From a virus, in IMG/VR virus record IMGVR_UViG_3300042863_000147, positions 25,267-89,266 of that record: a stretch of DNA of 64,000 nt, one strand, 5' to 3'. The position numbers were made by a program, and so were the translations under genes. Below are positions 7,561 to 16,332 of the stretch, in pieces. The notes under the pieces were generated by a model. That model was given only the letters and a program-made list of their open reading frames with translations. It was not told where the DNA came from and did no database searches. The stretch's first letter is position 1; each line of letters begins with the position of its first letter.

Positions 7561-9328
7561 AATCTACATCGTTTGAGTAAGAAGTAAAACCGTTCTCTTT
7601 AACAACTCTGAGTACGTTATTAACACGACCTACTAATTCGTCCTTATGACTTATTAAGTATATATTCTTATTGCGTTCCCGTGCCATCTTTTTTAGGACC
7701 GCAAGTCCTGCTTCAACGCCTGCTGCATCCATACCTGCATCCATAAGTTCATCGACAAATAGTAAGTTAATATTCTGATACAGTCCTTCCCATACATCAC
7801 GGAATGCAAAGCTCATAGAAAGAATTAATCGATTGCGCTCACCTCTAGATAAGTTGTCAAAGTCTAGATCCTGCCCTAGCTGAGTAATCTCAATAGTAAG
7901 ATCATTTAAGAATACAACCTTATGAGGCAACCCTAACTTGTCAATATAGTAAGTCAGCCTCTTGTTTAAGTAGGTTAAATTCTGATCAATAATCTTCTTA
8001 CGAACAAAACTGTCCTTGTTTGTTAGCAATTTGTAAAGGAATTCTTGATGATCTCTGACCTTAGCAAGAGCATTTACTTGATCCCAATTGATTTCTTGAA
8101 TCGCAGTGTTCTTTAAGTCTTCAATTTGCTCTTCATAAGGATTAGCTTCGTCGATCTTTTGTGTCAATGTACGCTCTAAGCTGGCAAGATTGTTTTTATG
8201 ACCTAGTGCTTCTGCTTCTGTATCATAATATGTGTTGGGCCTATGCGGTTGCTCACCAATTCCTATCTCTTCTACAATTTTAGTGTAGTCAGCACTTACT
8301 TTATCAAAGTAAGTTTGTGCATCTAATAGGTTGTTAGCAGCAGTTGCTAGCATTTCGTCATGCTTGTGATCATGTAGATCCTGTTCACAAGCGGGGCACT
8401 TCTTATCATCGAGTGATTTAATCTCTTTGATGTATTTGTTTAAAGCACGTTCTGCTTGAATTACTGCTGACTCTAGAGTAGCACGTTGTTTGTTAAGACT
8501 GCGAATACGAGCATCCTCCTCGTCCCATGCTTTTAATGCAACATGAGCGGCTAGTTCTGCTTCTATATCAACTGATTCTAGATTAACAATGGCTTTACCT
8601 AGCCCTTCTATTTCAGTTTCTTTCTTAGATTCCCAGGCACTGCTCTTGAGTTGTAGGCTGTTAATGCTCTTTTGAACGTTTTCGTTAGCACTCTTAATAC
8701 CTTCAATTTTAAACTGTGCAGCAGTGATGCTGTCTTTAGTTTCTTTAATCAATAGCTTTAGTGCTTCTGCCTTTTCACTCAGTTGTGTGATGCCCAGTAA
8801 CTGTTCGATAACTTCTCGTTGTTCAGCCGCCTTCATACTTAAGAAGGGTTCTGTGTAGGTATTGAGTGCAACTAGGTGTTTGAACATAGTATGAGACATT
8901 GCCAGCATCTGCTCAATGCTCTTCTGCGTCTCGCGACTGTCACCTTGTGCTTCATCTTCGTCTTTGCTCTTTAATTCTTGGTCATTGACGAACAATTTCA
9001 GTACATTAGGCTTACGACCTCGTTCAATACGATACTTGACACTAGATTTTTCAAACTCAACAGTAACCAACATGCCCTTGCCGTTAGTCTTGTTGATTAA
9101 GTTCTCTTTCTTAATGTTGGTCAGTGCTTGCCCGTACAGTGCGTAGCTCAATGCATTAACAATAGTAGTCTTGCCTGTACCGTTTCTTGATCCAGTATCG
9201 TCACCGCCTAGATCCTGATTTGAACCTAGTACAAGAGTTAAGTGTTCTTTATCGAAATCAACTGCTTGAGTCTGGTTGCCCACACTCATAAAATTTTTAA
9301 CGGTTATATTTTTTAACTTAAATGTCAT
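7550..9328 (-). CDS. gp46: Rad50/SbcC-like recombination ATPase
   Basis: KNFMSVGN, Walker A NGTGKTT, zinc hook CPAC, LSRGE signature, LLFVDE, ISH. Confidence 0.95.
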   Translation of the reverse strand: MTFKLKNITVKNFMSVGNQTQAVDFDKEHLTLVLGSNQDLGGDDTGSRNGTGKTTIVNALSYALYGQALTNIKKENLINKTNGKGMLVTVEFEKSSVKYRIERGRKPNVLKLFVNDQELKSKDEDEAQGDSRETQKSIEQMLAMSHTMFKHLVALNTYTEPFLSMKAAEQREVIEQLLGITQLSEKAEALKLLIKETKDSITAAQFKIEGIKSANENVQKSINSLQLKSSAWESKKETEIEGLGKAIVNLESVDIEAELAAHVALKAWDEEDARIRSLNKQRATLESAVIQAERALNKYIKEIKSLDDKKCPACEQDLHDHKHDEMLATAANNLLDAQTYFDKVSADYTKIVEEIGIGEQPHRPNTYYDTEAEALGHKNNLASLERTLTQKIDEANPYEEQIEDLKNTAIQEINWDQVNALAKVRDHQEFLYKLLTNKDSFVRKKIIDQNLTYLNKRLTYYIDKLGLPHKVVFLNDLTIEITQLGQDLDFDNLSRGERNRLILSMSFAFRDVWEGLYQNINLLFVDELMDAGMDAAGVEAGLAVLKKMARERNKNIYLISHKDELVGRVNNVLRVVKENGFTSYSNDVDYVE

Positions 9329-10338
9329 AGATTATTATAGATGTCCAACAGGACTTTTTTATCAAACTGTTCTGATTCGATATTGATCAGCTGTTCGGAA
9401 ACAATTTGATCGACACTTTCAAACTTTGTGTCAGGATTGTCTTCATAAGTTCCTTCAAGATTAATTTTATCTTGTATAAGACTAATTTCTCTAATGTCGT
9501 AATCATTAGTAAAAGTCTCCTTGATAAAGTTAGCCTCTTCAAAGCTGATATCGATGTCTAAATTGACCTTTAGATGCATCTTTGACTGCATAATCGTGTC
9601 TTTTTTATCGATTAGGTCGCTTAGTTTAACATGTCTATACTTAGGGCAGTTGTCCCAGTTAATGTATTGGGGCTCACTGCCCCAATCCATAATCATCATG
9701 CCTCGCTCGTCGTCCCACGAGTCTGCAAAGTTATGTGGGAAAGCATTTCCAATGTAGTGGATCTTACCTCGGTTCTGTCTCTTGTGGAAATGCCCACTGA
9801 ATACATAGTCTTGGTGTGTAAAGTGATTAGCCTGTAACTCACCGTGATCAGGCATCTGTACCATGGCGTTCATGTAGAACAAGGGCAATTCAAAGTGCCC
9901 AAACATGTATTTGCTCTTAACTTGACTGATAGTTTTCCACTCATCACCTACAAGCCAAGGGACTAAGGTAACATCGCCTATAGTGGTCACACCTTCAACG
10001 ACAGTTACTCCGGGAATATGTTTTCCAAATGCGCTGCTATGGATGTCACGCTTGTCTTTGTAGAACAGATCATGATTGCCCGGAAACCAAAAGAATTGCT
10101 CAAAAGCAGCACCTAGTTTTTCCAAGCATCGGATACTGGTATCCAGCGTGATCAAGTTGAGACTGTTTCGATTATGCGACCAGTCACCTAAAAATATTCC
10201 AGTATCGCAACCTTGTTTTTTAGCGTTTTCAATATACCAATCTACAAATTCTTCGCAATCTCTTAAATGGGTGCCACTGTTAGATTTAAGTCCAAAATGA
10301 ATATCAGTGAAGCAGGCTACCTTTTTAAAAAGGTTCAT
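9325..10338 (-). CDS. gp47: Mre11/SbcD-like nuclease
   Basis: DIHFG, FLGD, GNHD, GHFE, SGHFH phosphoesterase motifs. Confidence 0.95.
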   Translation of the reverse strand: MNLFKKVACFTDIHFGLKSNSGTHLRDCEEFVDWYIENAKKQGCDTGIFLGDWSHNRNSLNLITLDTSIRCLEKLGAAFEQFFWFPGNHDLFYKDKRDIHSSAFGKHIPGVTVVEGVTTIGDVTLVPWLVGDEWKTISQVKSKYMFGHFELPLFYMNAMVQMPDHGELQANHFTHQDYVFSGHFHKRQNRGKIHYIGNAFPHNFADSWDDERGMMIMDWGSEPQYINWDNCPKYRHVKLSDLIDKKDTIMQSKMHLKVNLDIDISFEEANFIKETFTNDYDIREISLIQDKINLEGTYEDNPDTKFESVDQIVSEQLINIESEQFDKKVLLDIYNNL

Positions 10339-10359
10339 ATTATTGTTCTCCTAACTAAC

Positions 10360-10388
10360 AGTGTATAGATCTGTTTAAGCAAAGTCAA
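10360..10388 (-). promoter_or_regulatory. Sigma70-like promoter for gp47-gp46 operon
   Basis: TTGACT-N17-TACACT. Confidence 0.6.
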
Positions 10389-11299
10389 ACATCAGTTTCT
10401 TCAGATTCGTCCTCGATAGGATCTTCTTCGCTCTTGGGCATCCTAAAGTTTTTATACAATTCTGCTTGCCGCGCATTTTCTTCTGCGTATTCTTGTTGAT
10501 TCTGTCTAGTTAAACTAGGAGTTAGTCCGTGTGACTCTAACATGTCGTCTCTAATATTTTGATTTTTCTTTTCGATATTGAGCACACGAGTAAAGCTGTT
10601 GGTCACTGCGGCTGTATAGTAAGCAAATGGATTTTCAGATTTTGATTCATCAAACTGTAATCCAATTTGACTTAGCTGTAGTACCGCTTGCCCGCGCATT
10701 TCTTCAACGTAGGTATAACCGCGCCAATTGCTACGTTGTGCATAACGTTCGCTTAGTTTGATAAACATTTTACCGAGATTTTCAGTAATACGTCCGTGGT
10801 CCTTGCTAAATTTACCAGTGTCAATTGGACCTTTCCAGTGACTCTTGCCTACGCAAATTAATTCGTTATTGTCGTCAAATTTCCAATGTTGAAAAGGAGG
10901 AAAATTAACTTTGTCGTGGCTATCGGCAGTTGTTTTGGTTGTCTTCTTACGACCTGGTGCAAGTGGAATATGATCAAACGTCATGATCCTAAATACTACA
11001 TCCGTCTTAGCAATAGTGGTATAGTCCGGAGTACATTCGATAAGTCTAGTTTTCTTGTCTCCTGCTAATCTAGCAGCAGCAAATGCCGCAATTCCGATCC
11101 TTTTTGCCTGTGCCCTTTTTGCGTCTGCAATTGTTCTAATATTAATTTTGTCTAAATTAGTCAATATTATATCGTGCTGACTATATTCAGGTTTGTTAAA
11201 ACTTGAAAACGAACATTTACTCTTGTGTATTTCTGCTAGTAAATCTCTATTATTTAGGTATTTTACTTTTCTTCCTGTGGGAATTAAACTTACGGTCAT
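10385..11299 (-). CDS. gp55: Late-transcription sigma factor, gp55-like
   Basis: YLNNRDLL, NWRGYTY.EEM, FDESKSENPFAYYT..NSF.R...EKK; adjacent to gp47. Confidence 0.85.
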   Translation of the reverse strand: MTVSLIPTGRKVKYLNNRDLLAEIHKSKCSFSSFNKPEYSQHDIILTNLDKINIRTIADAKRAQAKRIGIAAFAAARLAGDKKTRLIECTPDYTTIAKTDVVFRIMTFDHIPLAPGRKKTTKTTADSHDKVNFPPFQHWKFDDNNELICVGKSHWKGPIDTGKFSKDHGRITENLGKMFIKLSERYAQRSNWRGYTYVEEMRGQAVLQLSQIGLQFDESKSENPFAYYTAAVTNSFTRVLNIEKKNQNIRDDMLESHGLTPSLTRQNQQEYAEENARQAELYKNFRMPKSEEDPIEDESEETDV

Positions 11300-11322
11300 T
11301 ATTGTTATTGTCCTTTAATGAC

Positions 11323-11352
11323 ATTGTAGCAGGGTGGAAATGGCAATGTCAA
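11323..11352 (-). promoter_or_regulatory. Sigma70-like promoter for gp55
   Basis: TTGACA-N18-TACAAT with TG extended -10. Confidence 0.6.
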
Positions 11353-11380
11353 CCATTATAAGAGCGTTTTATTTATTGGT

Positions 11381-11386
11381 TAAATA
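11381..11386 (+). promoter_or_regulatory. Late promoter core TAAATA for tail operon
   Basis: Upstream of AGGA RBS and ATG 11404. Confidence 0.55.
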
Positions 11387-11403
11387 CACTATAGGAAAAT
11401 AAC

Positions 11404-12471
11404 ATGGCTCTCTCATATACCGAATACCAAATGGCTCAGCAGGACTTGATGACTTTGCAAAGCAGAGAAGCAAGCCAACAGATCTCTATTATACAGGCAT
11501 ATAAGGAACGAGATGCTGCTCTTGCAGCAGGAGATCAAGCTGCGGCTGATAGAGCAATTGCAAAAGCAGCCACCCGAGAAGAAAATTTAGAATTTACTAG
11601 GCAAGACATTGCTAAAACTCAAGCTACAATTAATGAATTCAATGGAACTCCTACAGTTAAACCGGCATCAACGGTTGCAACTGAACAGAAGTATGCTAAT
11701 CCAGCAAACATTGTGAGTAACAGTGGTCCTGTAGAAGACGATAGCGAAGCACCTAAAGTTACAATGGATCCTCTAGGAGAGAGATCAGTTCCAGGAGTAC
11801 CGCCTGGCGCAGAGAAAGTTAGTCAGCAAAAAGCACAGGTTATTTTTCAAGACGCAAATGGAAATTCAGAGCCGGAAGATATGCGTGTTCGAATCTTAGT
11901 ACCTCCAAAGTACATAACACCTGAATTATCTGGACCTAATGATGAATTGGCCAAAGCAGGCGGGATTATTTTTCCATATACACCTACTATCAGCTTTGAT
12001 GCAAAGTCTGATTATGCAGCCTCGCAGCCACTACACTCTAACTTTGCAATAAATTTTTATCAACGTAGTAGTATAGGTTCTATATCTATTTCTGGAAAAT
12101 TTTCAGTAGCTAGTGCAGACGATGCAGACATATACATTTGTACAATGCACCTTTTAAAATCTCTTACACGGATGCGAAGCGGAGGTTTGGGCGGAGACCC
12201 TGACAGTGGAGCACCACCTCCGGTGTGTAGATTATATGGTCATGGTGATATGATGCTTAGTAATGTACCTGTGGCAATTAGTAATTTTCGACTAGAGCTA
12301 CCTGATAATGTAGATTATTTTACGTTAAAGTCTAAAATTTTTGGAACAACTGCGGTTCCGACCTTATCTACTTTTTCTATAACTTGCATACCAATGTACA
12401 GCAGAGCAGAAATGTTACGATTCTCTGTAACAGACTACAATAGCAATTTCAATAAAAAGGGGTATATCTAA
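11404..12471 (+). CDS. Baseplate/tail-tube initiator-like protein (gp48/gp54-like)
   Basis: IIFPYTPTI, GAPPPVCRL, VPVAISNF tube-fold motifs; precedes gp53-like gene. Confidence 0.6.
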   Translation: MALSYTEYQMAQQDLMTLQSREASQQISIIQAYKERDAALAAGDQAAADRAIAKAATREENLEFTRQDIAKTQATINEFNGTPTVKPASTVATEQKYANPANIVSNSGPVEDDSEAPKVTMDPLGERSVPGVPPGAEKVSQQKAQVIFQDANGNSEPEDMRVRILVPPKYITPELSGPNDELAKAGGIIFPYTPTISFDAKSDYAASQPLHSNFAINFYQRSSIGSISISGKFSVASADDADIYICTMHLLKSLTRMRSGGLGGDPDSGAPPPVCRLYGHGDMMLSNVPVAISNFRLELPDNVDYFTLKSKIFGTTAVPTLSTFSITCIPMYSRAEMLRFSVTDYNSNFNKKGYI

Positions 12472-12768
12472 ATGACAGTTTATAGTAAATCGAGCCCGTA
12501 TTACAACACTGAAATTGTAAACAATTATCTTGATGTTATTAATTTTAGAGACATTCCAAAAGAACGAGATGATATTTTGTTTGAAGTCACTGCTACTTAT
12601 GAACATCGTCCAGATTTGTTAGCCTATGATTTATACAAAGATCATAAGTTATGGTGGGTATTTGCAGTAAGAAATAGATCAGTTATTAAAGATCCTGTAT
12701 ATGATTTAATTACCGGTGTTAAAATATACCTACCTAAAGCATCTACACTACAAAGAGTATTGAGTTAA
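12472..12768 (+). CDS. gp53: Baseplate wedge LysM-like protein
   Basis: HRPDLLAYDLY...LWWVFA.RN..I.DP...G..IYLP. Confidence 0.8.
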   Translation: MTVYSKSSPYYNTEIVNNYLDVINFRDIPKERDDILFEVTATYEHRPDLLAYDLYKDHKLWWVFAVRNRSVIKDPVYDLITGVKIYLPKASTLQRVLS

Positions 12769-12769
12769 T

Positions 12770-15700
12770 ATGAACGAACGGCAAATGGATGCGGTGCTTC
12801 GAAAGAATTACCCTTTTACGGATTCTTCTAAAGCAGATAATGATGCTAAATTAAAAATTAAAAGTTTAGGGCAGGCTAATGCCTTGAATTCTTATAGGTC
12901 AGTAACTTATAATTTCACATTAGCTGCACTTAAAAAGAACTATTTAGATGATCCTACTGCATACAGAACTAGTGAATTAGATTTAATTATCTTAAAGTCT
13001 GGCGGAAAAGGAAATGCTACTCTAACAACCAGTGGTGGTGCAAATACTGACGGGATATATAAACAGGCTCGGTCTGATTTTGCAGCTAGTGATCCTAGAA
13101 GATCAGATTTAACGCCCGAACAAAAGAATGTACCATTGCGCGATTATGGCGGAGAATTAATAAACGGATTTAACACTGAGAGTCCTGGTCGATTTGACAT
13201 GTTTATTGAAAACGTTGAAGTTGATACGTTGATGTCTTTTACTGAGTCGAGCGGCGCAACATTACCTACACAGATTAAGTTTGAAGTTATCGAACCTTAC
13301 AGTGTTAATGGTTTTATCGAAGCCCTGCATGTCTCGGCAATTGCAGCAGGTTATCCTACTTACTTAGAAGCTAGCTTTGTTTTAAAAATGGAATTTTGGG
13401 GATACCCTGATAACGATCTTACTTCTTTTAAGGATCCTGAAAAGATTGAAAAGACAGAAAGATTTTTTCCTATTGGATTAACCGGAATAGAAGTAGATAT
13501 AAGTGAGAAAGGTACTCGATATCGATGCACTGCGGTTCCGTACAATGAGCGTGCGTTTGGAGAACCAAATGTAATTAAAAAGCCAATTAAAATGTCAGGT
13601 TTAACAATTAAAGAAATTTTAACTGACTTAATTAAAAATGTTAACGAACAAGTTAAGACATCTAACAAGGAAGGAAAAGTAGTTTCTCTTGGGAACAAGC
13701 ATAATACATATGCTATTAAATTTCCTTCTCGAGATGACACAGTTGGCTGGAAAGACACTCCTGAAAATAATATTGCTAGTTCGAAATTAGTAGAAATTCT
13801 AAAAGATAATGTGCTATATAAGATGGCCGATCCTGCTACTACTGAAAAAGCCACTGCTTATAAGAAAGACGGCAAAGCTCAGCCTAGCGCGAATCAACAA
13901 GCTAAAGAACCAGAAGCAATCAAATATACTCCGGGAAAGACTGTTGTTCAATTTTCAGAAAATATGAATATTCACGATGCAATTACATCAGTAATTCGAG
14001 ACAGTGAATATTGTAGAAACATTTTAAAAGATGTAAAAAAGAACATTGACGAATTTGGAATGATAGACTATTTCATGGTGAGGATTGAAACTAAAAATCT
14101 AAATGAAATGGACGAAACTACTAAGAAGCCTTTTCAGAATTTTACGTTTATTGTAAGTCCTTATAAATTGCACTACACAAGAATTCCTACCTATGGTCAA
14201 GAACAAATAGATGATACGCGATTGACAAAACTTTGCAATCGAGAATACAACTACATGTATACTGGTAATAATATCGATATAACAAGTTTTAAATTAAATT
14301 TTAATCATCTATATTTTGAAGCTGTTCCATCTTCGTTTGGAAATCAAGATACTCCGTCGGCAAAGACCGGTGCCGGACCAAACAACGGAGCAGCACCTAA
14401 GCAATCTGCAACTCCTACAGAAGTAGTTGAAAAACAGCAAGTTCCTACTTCTCCCACAAAAGTAGAACCAACACCGGTGCAATCTAATATTTCTAATGCC
14501 GGCCAACCACCTAACGATGCCTACAGTGTATTAGCAAGAAAGATGCACGATGCAATTGTTGATTCTAAAGCTAGCATGATTACCGGAGACATGGAGATTT
14601 TAGGAGACCCGTTTTATATAGCAACAGGGGGCGTGGGAAATTTTAACCCTAAACCAGACGGAAGAGGAAAAACAATAACAGGTGAAGTTGATCACCTAAC
14701 TGGTGAAGTATTAATAAGAATAAATTTTAGAAATCCTATAGATATAAATTCAGCTACCGGCATGATGGACTTTAGTCCTAAACTTGTACCGTTCAGTGGA
14801 GTGTATAGGATTATTAAAGCAACTAGTACATTTAAGAACGGTGAATTTAAACAACGATTAGAAATTTTAAGATTGCCTGGACAAATTTTAGATCTAAATG
14901 CTCAGGAAAGTGATCCTGCTGATAGAGTCATAACGGTACCTAACTCACTTAATCGTGTTTCCCCAGATACAACTAGAGCATTTAATCCTAGTCAAAGATT
15001 GGACTCTTCAACTGCATTGGAACAACTCAATCGAGGTCTTCCTAGTCCAGGATTACCAGGAGCACTAAGTAATTTTACAGCAGCTACAGGCGGTCTAGGC
15101 GGACAAGCTGGTGCATTGCTTATGCAGAATCCTGGGCGAGTTTTAAAAACAGGAGCATTAGCAGCGGGCTCATCTGTTATTGGACAAGCCCTTCCTACTG
15201 ATATATCTTCTAACATTAGGTTAAATTCTTCTGGACTTGCTAACATAAATCAAACAGGGTTAGGTTCAGCTGCTCTAATTGCTGTTGCGACAAACGTATT
15301 GACAGGAAACATTCCTGCCAAACGAGCAGTTACTACCGTTGCAGGGACGATTGCAGGAGCTGCTTTAGTAAATGCACTTAAAAAACCTAATGTTGGATCG
15401 GGCATAGGTGAAGGTGCAACTAATGTTCTGTCTAAAGCAGTAACTGATTCTCCTACTGCACAGGATATTAAATTTGGTACCACTATTAATCCATCTAAAA
15501 TTGCATCAGACACGGTTAATAGTGTAGTTGGCGCAACTAAAGAATTAGGTACCGCTGCAATAGGTGCAGTTAATAGCTTAGGAAAAGAAGTATCAGGTTT
15601 TGTTAAAGGTGTCGGAGAAAAAATATCTTCGTTCAACAGCAGCCCTGCTGATCCCAAAGCTATCGGAGCTCAGGTTGGCTTAGACGTTTCTAAGCTATCC

Positions 15701-16321
15701 GGGTTGTCTCCTGATTTTCAAAGTAAAGCATTAAATCAGATTGCAAGTTTTAGCAAAAATTTACCTCCGGATGTTAATCTTAACCAAGCTGCTAGTGCTG
15801 GGGTAGTTTTGGATTACCTATCACCAAGCAAAATTAAAAATATTCCTCCGACTGCACCGTACTCTACTGCGCCTGCTGCACCAGTTGATGTAGCATACCT
15901 GACTCAAGTTGCTGCAAAAGGAGGAGCAACTGCGGTTGCAAATCTCTATGGAGTTACTAGTATTAAAGATCTGTCTGGAAATTTAGTACCAAGTGATGTG
16001 CTCTCTTCAACATTGAAAAGTCTTCCGCCCGGTCAAGTTAATCCTTTTGCAAATTTATCAGGACAATTTAATGCAATTGATGCAAACGTATTAAAAGACA
16101 AATTTGGTACAGCTGGTTCTCAGCTTTCTCAATTAACAGGTAAAGTTCCTGTATTAGATAAGAATATTGCAGGAGCAGTATCTTCTAAGTATGGAAGTTC
16201 CGCTGGTCCGAGTCCGTTGGATAAATTAGTTAACAATTTGGGGGATCCGAACGCTCCTCCCTATACTGGCAACGACCCTATAGTTAGGGCAAGACTAGGT
16301 TTGCCGCCAGCCACTGTTTAG
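12770..16321 (+). CDS. Baseplate hub protein (gp27-like) with long low-complexity C-terminus
   Basis: Between gp53 and gp5; MEILGDP, FSGVYRIIKATSTF..GEFKQRL. Confidence 0.6.
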   Translation: MNERQMDAVLRKNYPFTDSSKADNDAKLKIKSLGQANALNSYRSVTYNFTLAALKKNYLDDPTAYRTSELDLIILKSGGKGNATLTTSGGANTDGIYKQARSDFAASDPRRSDLTPEQKNVPLRDYGGELINGFNTESPGRFDMFIENVEVDTLMSFTESSGATLPTQIKFEVIEPYSVNGFIEALHVSAIAAGYPTYLEASFVLKMEFWGYPDNDLTSFKDPEKIEKTERFFPIGLTGIEVDISEKGTRYRCTAVPYNERAFGEPNVIKKPIKMSGLTIKEILTDLIKNVNEQVKTSNKEGKVVSLGNKHNTYAIKFPSRDDTVGWKDTPENNIASSKLVEILKDNVLYKMADPATTEKATAYKKDGKAQPSANQQAKEPEAIKYTPGKTVVQFSENMNIHDAITSVIRDSEYCRNILKDVKKNIDEFGMIDYFMVRIETKNLNEMDETTKKPFQNFTFIVSPYKLHYTRIPTYGQEQIDDTRLTKLCNREYNYMYTGNNIDITSFKLNFNHLYFEAVPSSFGNQDTPSAKTGAGPNNGAAPKQSATPTEVVEKQQVPTSPTKVEPTPVQSNISNAGQPPNDAYSVLARKMHDAIVDSKASMITGDMEILGDPFYIATGGVGNFNPKPDGRGKTITGEVDHLTGEVLIRINFRNPIDINSATGMMDFSPKLVPFSGVYRIIKATSTFKNGEFKQRLEILRLPGQILDLNAQESDPADRVITVPNSLNRVSPDTTRAFNPSQRLDSSTALEQLNRGLPSPGLPGALSNFTAATGGLGGQAGALLMQNPGRVLKTGALAAGSSVIGQALPTDISSNIRLNSSGLANINQTGLGSAALIAVATNVLTGNIPAKRAVTTVAGTIAGAALVNALKKPNVGSGIGEGATNVLSKAVTDSPTAQDIKFGTTINPSKIASDTVNSVVGATKELGTAAIGAVNSLGKEVSGFVKGVGEKISSFNSSPADPKAIGAQVGLDVSKLSGLSPDFQSKALNQIASFSKNLPPDVNLNQAASAGVVLDYLSPSKIKNIPPTAPYSTAPAAPVDVAYLTQVAAKGGATAVANLYGVTSIKDLSGNLVPSDVLSSTLKSLPPGQVNPFANLSGQFNAIDANVLKDKFGTAGSQLSQLTGKVPVLDKNIAGAVSSKYGSSAGPSPLDKLVNNLGDPNAPPYTGNDPIVRARLGLPPATV

Positions 16322-16332
16322 GATTATATCAT

